Part shown: positions 47,443-64,000 of the stretch, piece by piece
How positions within the stretch are numbered: the first letter of the stretch is position 1
Layout of the letters: every line of letters starts with the position of its first letter
Assembly: GCA_951804945.1 (NCBI GenBank)
Contig: OX638156.1
Coordinates: 50,964,001 to 51,028,000, forward strand
Origin: Podarcis cretensis
Taxonomy: Eukaryota
Length of the DNA stretch: 64,000 bases
Reading direction: 5' to 3'
Notes under the pieces: generated by a model
Databases searched by the model: none
Seen by the model: only the letters and a program-made list of their open reading frames with translations
Told to the model about the DNA's origin: nothing
Position numbers and translations under genes: made by a program

Positions 47443-47785
47443 AAGTATTCCAAAACATAAAAATAGACACAGACCAGTAAAAAATAAAGACCAGGGCCCT
47501 TGAAGTTATCAAAGTCATGGACAGAGGGAGCTGCACTAACTTATAAGACTTGGGGGTAAAGGAGAGGGAATATAGGGCGGAGGGGGGGAGAGGAGGAGGA
47601 GGAGGAAGGGGGTTAAATACTGAACAGCTTTTAAGTTTTGGAACCCTTGAATCAGAAGCAACTAGAAGCTGGTTGTCTACAACTCAGCAAATGAGTAGCA
47701 AAGATGGACGCGATGAACGACAGGCCCATGTCACTGCCTGGCCCTCACTGGGAGGAACCCAAGCGCTGCCTGTGGCCCCAGCCCT

Positions 47786-55254
<7,469 letters not shown>

Positions 55255-55367
55255 GCTGCTGCGGCTGGTGCTACGGGGGGGCGGCTGCGGGCAGGCAGGC
55301 GGGCGGGTGGGCGGCGGCTGCAGCTGGCGGAGCGGCTGGCGGAGGCGTCCAGGCTGCTGCCGGCGGG

Positions 55368-55433
55368 TTTTATAGGCGCCTCCCGCTGCACCCTGTCCGG
55401 GGCGCTGACGTCAGCGCCGACGCCGCGGCCAAT
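55368..55433 (-). promoter_or_regulatory. TUBB3 core promoter: TATAAAA (55374-55368), CRE TGACGTCA (55406-55413), CCAAT box (55429-55433), inside a CpG island (~54700-55900)
   Basis: Canonical motifs in normal order and spacing, 115-180 nt upstream of the ATG. Confidence 0.82.
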
Positions 55434-56817
55434 CAGGAGGCGCCGCCGCAAAATACTGCAACATCCCTGCAGCATCAGCACCAGCAGCGCATCCCTCGGC
55501 GCTGGCCAGAGCCGCGCTGCCTGACACAAAGCGGCTGGCCAAGCTGGGGCTGGGGCAGGGAAAGGCCCGCGCTCCCTCCGCCTCGCCCTGCCCGCAAGCC
55601 GGCGTGGAGGAAAAGGCCCGTGCAAAAGAAAAGGCCCAGGGGAGGCGGCTGATGCAGGAGGCATCCCAGGCTGTTGCCTGAAGCGACTTGGAAGTTCACA
55701 TCCCAGAGTGGGCGGGTGGGGCCTGCCTTCGTGGGCCGCTGCGGTACCTCGGGGTGCATGAGGGGGACAGCCACTTTCCTGGGATGTCTCTTGGGTCTTT
55801 GTTACCAGGTCTCAAGTTTCAGCCTCGCCCCAGCCCTGCATTTGCCTTTGATGGCCTCGGACGGGGTCGCCAAAACAACCTTCCTTGGCGCGCCTCTTTC
55901 CTTATTCCCCAGCCAGACAGTAGCGCTCTGCTTTGTGACTGGGGGCTTCTCCGTTTGTCTTGATATCACGCCCGCCCACCCAGCCCTTTGAAGACAGATA
56001 TATATATATTTTTCGAGGGGCCATCCTGCATTGAAGCTCTGTGTATTTTGCTGAGGTTGGGGTGCTTTTAACAATCGGTTTTGAACACGCGTGTTTCCTT
56101 CCAGTGAGGCTCGTATGATGGGCGCTTCCTTTGAACCTTTTGCCGCTTGGCCAACTCTTTCCCGCAGCTTCTATGCTCTCCTGCTGCTGACTAACTGCCA
56201 GCTGAGCGAACCCCCCTGACTCAGCAGTGCCCAGCCCGCCCCTGCCCGCTGGGTGGGGCCTCGTCGTGGGTCTCTCTTCCTCGGCTGCTTGCAATTTGCA
56301 AGGGGCAACTGAAGGCCATCCAACCGGGAACAAGGGCGGAGAGCTATGGGGGCTACGGGCGATGGGCCATCGCCTAAGTGGGGGGAGATGATGCGGGTGG
56401 TGGTGGGGAAAGTCGGCAGAACAAAAGCCCCTTCGCGGTCCCAGGTGCGCAGGAGGAGAGAGCGAGGAGGCTCCCCGCCCGCCTCCCCTTTGTTCAGCCA
56501 GCTCGGGCAGGAAGCTGCCTCTCCCTACTCTCCCCCTTTTCCTGGGTGGGGAGATCTGTTTCCTGTCATTTCCCCCCTACGCCCTCCTTTGTGTCTGGGT
56601 TGTCGTTGCAATTCCTGGGGGAGAACAAAGGCCTGTGGCGGGAGACTCTGCTGACCTCTTCCCTAAGTGTGTGTGTTGGCGGTAGGGGGGGGGGAGGAAA
56701 GGCTGCCCCCTCTCTGACAGGCGAGAACCGCAGGAGGAAGAACAGCAGGCTGCAACAAGCAGGAGCTCCTTGCCAGGGTGGGTCCCTTCAGAGGACACGC
56801 TCTCCTGGCTCCCAAAC

Positions 56818-57146
56818 CAGTGCCAGATTTAGATATAAGTTAAACAAGCTATAGCTTAGGGCCCCACTCTCTTGGGGGGCCCCCAAAAAAAATTAAAGGA
56901 AAAAAAACCCTGGATGTACATTTCCAAAATATAAGATAAAAAAGAAATAAAATAAAATAAAACCTGCACACAGCAACAGTGTTTGTGTTGTGTAGGCTCC
57001 TATGATGTAAGTAATGGGCCCCGAAATAGCATATATTCAACACAAAAAACAGTGACAATTTGTTGTTGACAAAGGACAGCTGAACATATAAAGGGCCCCA
57101 TTACATTCAGTAGCTTAGGGCCTCATCAAACCTAAATTTGGCCCTG
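56818..57146. mobile_element. Non-autonomous hAT-like element; related element at ~58097-58304
   Basis: TIRs CAGTGCCAGATTTAG and CTAAATTTGGCCCTG, with an internal repeated TAGCTTAGGGCC subterminal motif. Confidence 0.72.
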
Positions 57147-57826
57147 CCCCCACCAAGGTCCGGTTCACCTGTATACAACTGAAGGCAGAAAGGCCTCACT
57201 CATTTCCCCTGCCCGAGGAATATGTCGGTGCTGGAAGCAGGGAGGTCGACAATTGGCCTGGCAGTGGTTCAGTGTCCTCCTCGCTCCCGTAGCCAGTATG
57301 ATACAAGGAGAGGGGGCTGGTCATCAACAGCCAGCCTAGGCCTGATGATATCTTCCTATCTGCAAGCCCAGCCCTTAAATCACAGAGGGATGCTGGGTGC
57401 TTGGCTGGGACCTCTTGGCAGGACTCTGTACGTGCTCAAGGGCACCCAACGCTTCTTTGAGAGGATTTCACGTGGGCTCTGTCACTGGCAACATGTCACA
57501 GGCAGGGCTTGGATCCTGGCTGGCTCAGGGTTAAGTCTTGCTGTCCACCAAGGCAAAGCTGCTTCTCTCTTTCTTGTTGCTGGATACCAGCGCCCCCCAG
57601 TGTCTGGTCTAGGCTTCCCATCTGTATTGACGGCCCTTCCAATCCACAAGCATCTCCACCCCAGAATTATTCTTTCAGAAAGCAGGAAGAGACAGGGTCC
57701 AGGGAGGGAGAAATCTCATTTATTTCTTTTTCAAAGAACAATCTAGCTCCTTACTGATAATCCCTTATTCTCAAACTGCATGCACACAAATAGTTCCTAT
57801 TGGACAATTTTTCCACCTAATGCACA

Positions 57827-58080
57827 AAGGGTCAGGAAACCAAGCCTTATGAGGAACGATTGAGGGAGCTGGGTATGTTTAACCTGCTAAAGAGGAGACT
57901 GAGAAGAGATATGATAGCCATCTTCAAATATCTAAAGGGCAGTCACATGGAGGATGGAGCCAGGTTGTTTTCTCCAGCTCCAGAGGGTAGGACCGGAACC
58001 AATGGCTTCAAGATACAAGAAAGGATATTCCAATATCCAACTAAACATCAGGAAGAACTTTCTGATGGTACTAAGAGAAC
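57827..58080 (+). mobile_element. CR1 LINE ORF2 C-terminal fragment
   Basis: The translation YEERLRELGMFNLLKRRLRRDMIAIFKYLKG...RTGTNGFKIQE is the typical CR1 ORF2 C-terminus. Confidence 0.88.
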
Positions 58081-61000
58081 AGACTCCTTTGGAAGCAGTG
58101 CCGGATTAAATCCTGTGGAGGCCCCTAGGCTGTCGAAATCTCCCCACCACGCCTGCTCTAGTGGGATAGCATTGAACTAAGAAGTCCTGATTGTAATTTT
58201 CTTTCAAGATCAAATCAATATTATTTTACCTGTTGTCATTGGGCCCCTAAAAGGCATGGGTCCCATAGACCGGTGCCTTCTCTGCCTACGTGGTAATCCT
58301 ACTGCCTACTGTTATTTTAGCACTGAACTTAGGTCCTTCCCTAACAAAAAGGTTAGCCACCTTGCCGGAATAATATGCTGCATCAGATGATTGCCAGCTT
58401 AGTACTGTCTCACTGACTGACAGCAGCTTTCCAGGGTTTTAGGCAGGAGACATTCCCAGCCTTACCTGAAGACACCAGAGATTGAACAGGGGAGAAGAGC
58501 TCCTCTTCCACTGAGCAATGGTGCTTCCCTGGATGGGGACATAGAACCAGCTCAGGACGTTTGCCCAAGAGGACCTGAAGGGCAAAGGCAGCGAACACCA
58601 GTGCCACCTCCAGGCAATAGATGGTGCTCACATTCCAGAACAACCAGGCTGCTGCATAACAAGGGGTGGGGGGGGGGGAGGGAATGCCACAGAACATGTA
58701 TGTGTTTGCTGCTCAGGAGCTTGTGAATGGAGGAAGGGGTAGAAGGGATGCCCTGGATTGCCAGCCTGCCACATGAGTGACAGACTTGCACATGGAACTT
58801 TTATGCCATTGCCAAGGGATGCTCCGTATGCATGATACATCAGGTGCATGGGCAATGGGTAGGCATGTGAGGCAGAGGTGGACATGCAAAGGACCCTGTG
58901 ATTTTGTTCTGGTGCCTCAGCTGCAGCCCACTGACAGGAGACAGGAGGGAAATGAGGCCCTCTTCCCTCCCAGGGGGAGTGGCGTGTCAGAGACTAGTCA
59001 GACTGCTGAATGGCTGGGAGAAGAACCCAATTCCCCCCCCCTCCCCATAGGCATGACTCATTGTGGCAGAGCTCAAACAAAACAAAAGCCCCTGGTCAGA
59101 TGGAGCTCTCACTTCTTAGAAATAGTTCCAGCCCCCTCGCAACTTCCACTCCCACACGGAAACTGCTAGCTGAACATTTATGCCACATGCACCACAAAAA
59201 CCTACAAAATATTGTGTATCAGATAATAAGAAGGTGGAATAAAAGTGCTGTGTGCTTCTCCCCAGCATTCTGTATTTGTGTGTTTGTGTCTGAGAATGCA
59301 CACAGTTGGTGCATATGAGAAAGACAACACCCCACAAAAAATACCCACTGAACTTGCTTCTTATACAGTGTTGCAAGTGAGTTGTTATGCTCTCCGGAAT
59401 ACACCTTCTAACAAGCCATTCATCTCTCCTCCTGTCTCCCTCATCCTGACCCATGATTTGTATTCTGCACAATGTGGCTTAGCGCAACGGTTCCCAAAAC
59501 ACTCAGGCCCTCAGAAAATGGTTAATGGTGTTGTCTGTCTGTTGAAGCAATTGTGTTGTGCTGTACTAGATGCTGTGTGATTTTTAATTGCATTTTTAAA
59601 TCACATCCTTGTATTCCACTGAATTCAAATTGTAATACAATATAATAAACAAAAGAAGCAATTAAAATGCAGTATGAATCTTTTATGCAATAGATGTGCT
59701 ATCTCTTGCCTTTAACCACAAATCCACAGAAATGCCGTAAACCAGTTTGGGAACTCTTGGCTCAGATGCTTTTCGAATCACAGCATCAGATAGGACTTTG
59801 AAGGCTGCTTAGCCCCACCTCCTGCTCCTGCCCTACGGGGCCTGCAATGCAGAATATAATTACAACAACCCTGTGAGATGGCTGCTCAACCTCTTCTTGA
59901 GTGAAGAAGAACCCACCAGCTCCCAAACCACTGCTGAACAGCTGCCACTATCTGGAAGGCCTTCCTCATGTTTCATTGAAGTCTACTTTTCTGCCTTTTC
60001 CAGCCACTGATTCTGGAGCAACAGAGAAGAACTATCTTCTGTGTGCAACAGCCCTTCATGTGAATAGGAGACAACTGTCCTTCATCGGACTTGGATTTCC
60101 TGGTCACCCACTTCTGGTGGGCATGCTCCCAGAGGCATTTGTAGGGTCCCTTGCACCATTGGCAAGGAGCTGTATTGATGCCACCCCCATCACTTCACTG
60201 CACACTTTTGTGCCATGGTATGAGAAGGATGGGAAGCTTCTCCCATGTTTGATCTCACTGTAACAACGGTGTTGGTTCACCACACACATGCATGTCATAC
60301 ACTCCATAGCCAGATAGGTGATTTTTGTGCACCTGCCCAGGCCTGTGCCCCAGAGGGAGCCAGTTTCACCAACCCCTAGGTACACCTGTGCATACTTCAG
60401 AATACACATTCCTGAAGGGAGGGAAGTCTGACCAACAGCTGCTAGCCAATGGAGGCTATGTGTAGCTTCCCTGCGCATAAAGTCATTGCCATCTGGTTGG
60501 CCACTATGGGAGGCAGGATGTTAGAATACAGGGCCTGCTGGGTTCCCAGCAGGGCTCTCCTTGTGCTTTTAGGAGTTTGCTCCTGCTATCTTAGGAAAGA
60601 ACCTCAGCTCAGACCTACAGTATGCTTTTAAGAGCAAACCTTAAGATCAAAATCGGCAATGCCACTGAAGTTTGTTATTATGTGGCACAGAATAAGAGTT
60701 TGCCCAGTTGGTAAAGCTCTGGATGTAAATAGCAAGGCTCTTTTCTGGATTTAGAGTCATTTCTTTAGGAGGGCTATGCTACTGTCCTATCTACTATGGC
60801 TTGTCTTGTTTTGCATGGAAGCATCACTATGGCACAGGTCCGGACAGGGATATGTGTGTGAGGTTCCTTACAGGCAACTCCCATCTGTGACATATGATGC
60901 AACACTAGGAGGCTCCTGTGCTTTGGGCACCATGAATCTGAAGACTGACTCCTACTTTAATTAGCATGTTCTGAAAAGGAACTACCAGTAATTTAGATAG

Positions 61001-61527
61001 GATTGTGAGTCCCTGAAGCTTCCTCCAGGCTTGGCCCAAGGTAGCCCAGCCACCAGGTAAGGGATGCTACAACCACCTATTGCAGGACATGGAAACCGGA
61101 ACAAGCAGAGATCCACTCAGAGAGATAATCTCACATAAGCACAAAGCATCACTCAGGCCTATTTTTCAGTGAAAGGACAATGTTGTAAGAATTCTGGACA
61201 AAGGGTTGAGATATGGGCAGAGGCACCATTTTGCAACTTATTGAGTTGCATTGATTTGTAGATACTGCAAACATTAAGTCAGAAGACGGAGGGAGGGAAG
61301 TCCTCTGAAACACAGTCAGAGTCTTCCAGTCAGGTCTTATGAGAATGCAGGGGGACATATTTGCAGCATCTGAAATTTTAGGGCGTTTCCTTCCCAGTGC
61401 TGAAATGGCTTTAGGAAAAGATGTCCACATCTCTAAACTGGACCCCCCACTCTGTACTCCTAGACAGGTAGAGCCCTTCTGCGGTTGCTCAGTTCACAAG
61501 GGGCACACATACTCTGAAACATTCCTC

Positions 61528-61533
61528 TTTATT
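61528..61533 (-). terminator. Candidate polyadenylation signal (AATAAA) of MC1R
   Basis: First TTTATT on + that I found downstream of the MC1R stop (~710 nt). Confidence 0.5.
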
Positions 61534-62239
61534 ACCCTGCAAAGCTCCTTGGCATACAAAACACATATTTAGGCTGTGCACACATTACTGGCTTAAAACA
61601 CAGTGAGGCCGTATCTTTACACAAGTCAAATCGGAGCTGGTTTGGGGGGCGGGGTGGGGAATGCATCAAAACACAGCATTTCCTCAGAAAGAAGAGGATC
61701 AATATTGGTTGTGGTTAACATCACTTGTATGCCACTTCCCAAACCAGACTCCGGCGCAATTGCGGCGCAATTGGGAGTGTGTACACAGCCACACACACAC
61801 ACACACACACACTTTCCCTTCTTCTGCATTGGGAAAATGTTGCTGCACCTGCCATCGTCATCCTCACCCTCTGCTCTGCACACCTTGATCGGAACGCCCT
61901 GGAGAGCTCACAGAGGAAGAACAAATGGTTTCCCTAGATCACTAGCAAGGAAATAGCAGAGTTATACAACATCTCAGCCATGCCTCTAGGCTGAAAGCAG
62001 TCAGGAAGCAAAAGAACGCACGCACGCACACACACACACACACACTTTGTTTCCTCCTTCTGGCCGTGGAATGTGGCGAACGCTGCCTGGCACCTCCTCC
62101 CAGACGCTTCCTCTGCTTGCCCATCCCCAGTTGCCACCAGGGGGCGCTGAGCTCCCAATTGCAAAGTGGTTGCCTCTGGGGAGGGCAGGAGAGCCCCAGT
62201 GGCTACTTGCACCCTCAGACCCCCACTGCTGCCTGCTCC

Positions 62240-63184
62240 TTACCAAAAGCATAAGACCACCTCTTTCAAAGTCCTCCTGAGCTCCTGGCTCCGGAAGGCG
62301 TAAATTATGGGGTCCACCACAGAGTTGCAAATGAGGAGGATGAGATAGAGGTTGAAGTATCTGAAGTAGCAGTTGCAGGCGGGCTTCTCGGGGCAGGTGA
62401 TGATGAGGATCAGGTGAAGGAAGAAGGGGCCCCAGCAGATGAAGAAGACGCCTAGCAGGATGGTGAGGGTGATGGCCCCTCTCATGCTAGTGAAGTGGGG
62501 CGCCGACTGCTTCCTTTGCAGGCTGGAGATCCTGCGGGCATGTTGGTGAGCCAGGCTGAACATGTGGATGTAGAGACCCATGATCAGGGTGATCATGGAG
62601 AGGAAGAAGATGACCAGGCAGAGGATGACCGCCTTGCCATCGTAGGCAATGAAGATGGTGCTGGAGATGCTGCTGACCACCCAGACAACCACGATGATGG
62701 TGACGGCCCTCTGGATGGTCATGATGCTGTGATACCGCAAGGCATAGAAGATGGTGATGTAGCGGTCAATGGCGATGACGCCGAGGAAGGAGAGCGAGGA
62801 CATCAGGGAGCTGCAGATCAGCATGTCCATGGCGTTATCCAGGTGCATCACGGTGGTGGGCTGCACAACCATCATCTCATGCTCCAGCAGAAGCATGAAG
62901 AGGGTCTCCACTAGGTTGCTGACGCTCACCAGCATGTCTGACACAGCCAGGCAGCAGATGAAATAGTACATGGGCGAATGTAGGTTCCGGTTTTTGACAA
63001 TGGCGGCCACCACTAACAAGTTCTCCACAAAGCTCAGGATCCCCAGGGTCAGGAAGAGTTCGCCAGGGATCACTACCTGCTGGCTGCTTGTGCAGAATGT
63101 CTCATTGGTCTGGTTGCTCACGGGAATGCCTGCAGTGGCATTCGGGGGGCTGGGCAGCACCCTCAGGGGTGATGGCACAGACAT
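62240..63184 (-). CDS. MC1R: Melanocortin 1 receptor (MSH receptor), 314 aa, single coding exon
   Basis: 7-TM GPCR with melanocortin motifs [53 protein letters not shown] and [13 protein letters not shown], and a short Cys-containing tail. Kozak context GCCACCATG. Located upstream of TUBB3. Confidence 0.98.
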   Translation of the reverse strand: MSVPSPLRVLPSPPNATAGIPVSNQTNETFCTSSQQVVIPGELFLTLGILSFVENLLVVAAIVKNRNLHSPMYYFICCLAVSDMLVSVSNLVETLFMLLLEHEMMVVQPTTVMHLDNAMDMLICSSLMSSLSFLGVIAIDRYITIFYALRYHSIMTIQRAVTIIVVVWVVSSISSTIFIAYDGKAVILCLVIFFLSMITLIMGLYIHMFSLAHQHARRISSLQRKQSAPHFTSMRGAITLTILLGVFFICWGPFFLHLILIITCPEKPACNCYFRYFNLYLILLICNSVVDPIIYAFRSQELRRTLKEVVLCFW

Positions 63185-63741
63185 GGTGGCACCTTGGTGG
63201 GAATGCTACAGAAAGACAAAGGAGACCCGCAGGATTTTGCAACAGAGTTTTCTCTTGGGGGAGAAGTATATAGTTAGCATGGTCCGGGAACTCACCTGTA
63301 GGCTGCGGAACCTGAAAGAAACTTCTGTGGCCACTCTTCCTCCAAGGGAATAGATGGATAGATGTCTCAGAACAGAGTTGTGAGACCAGACATGCTCCAC
63401 ACAAAGTTTTGGGGTGGCAGAGTCAGCAACACACTTCCAGTGACCCTTCTTTGGCACAATACGCTGGAGAGCCCAACACCCGTGTCTTCTTGGGTTCTGC
63501 TCTCTTGTTCCTGGTTTCTTCCTTTGGGTCTCTGTCCCAGAAAAAGAAAAGGGGAGAACTTGCCAGTTTCTTTCCGCCTCTCCCGGCTCTGAATTCCCAA
63601 GTCCTATTTTCCTTCCAAGGGTGCCGTTGCTTGATTTGCCTCTTCCCCAAAGTAAACTGATTAGCAGGAGTTCACAGCAAAGAAAGAACCCTTTATCTCC
63701 CTTACTTTTAAAGGAATATGCCCAGCTTTCCCATCAGCAGA

Positions 63742-63764
63742 GGGGCGGAGGGTGATCCACATGA
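63742..63764 (-). promoter_or_regulatory. GC box and MITF-type E-box (TCATGTG) upstream of MC1R
   Basis: GGGGCGGAG at 63742-63750 and CACATGA at 63758-63764 on +. MITF E-boxes are known in MC1R promoters, but these motifs are short. Confidence 0.35.
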
Positions 63765-64000
63765 TAACAGCCCAGGAGGCGAGGGCGCTGAATGGCAGGG
63801 AGAACTTATGAAACTGCCCTTAAAGCCTGGCTGAGTTTTCCTCTTCATTAACATCCTGGTGGCATGATGCCCCCCTCCCCATGCCAAGCAAAAGGGGGTC
63901 CAGCAGTGAAGCATTACTCACCATCTCAGTGACGTCTTCAACTTACATTTATGCAAGTACAAAGGAGAAGGGTTGCATATAGGCGGAAGAAGAGTCAAGT

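Noticed and set aside
62495-62914. Antisense ORFs over MC1R (and likewise over TUBB3 exon 4 and AFG3L1 exons)
   Set aside because: Shadow ORFs caused by GC3-rich codon usage of the real gene on the other strand.

Overview
Eukaryotic vertebrate genomic DNA, most likely a squamate reptile and probably a lacertid lizard (inferred from the Sauria SINE, tRNA/CR1-tail SINE, CR1, L2 and Penelope repeat content and from the MC1R sequence). The window holds the conserved MC1R-TUBB3-DEF8-AFG3L1-DBNDD1 block (human 16q24.3 synteny). I reconstructed exon structures by hand from GT-AG sites and recalled protein homology. MC1R (-, single coding exon, 314 aa). TUBB3 (-, 4 exons, 450 aa, with an N gap in exon 4). 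DEF8 (-, 11 coding exons, 452 aa). AFG3L1 (-, 17 exons, an intact 772-aa ORF although it is a pseudogene in human). DBNDD1 (+, last 3 coding exons). Most other listed ORFs are intronic or antisense noise. Best leads: (1) splice signals at the MC1R stop codon and 345 nt downstream that could give a C-terminally extended MC1R and an in-frame MC1R-TUBB3 chimera, resembling the human intergenic-splicing system; (2) a possible 16-nt 5'UTR microexon that switches an upstream ATG between in-frame and out-of-frame with MC1R; (3) a minimal hammerhead ribozyme in a Penelope remnant between DEF8 and AFG3L1; (4) a 1.18-kb L1-type non-autonomous retroelement with both ends and a 17-bp TSD; (5) several cleanly nested or young transposon insertions. 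All splice-isoform claims are predictions from sequence alone.
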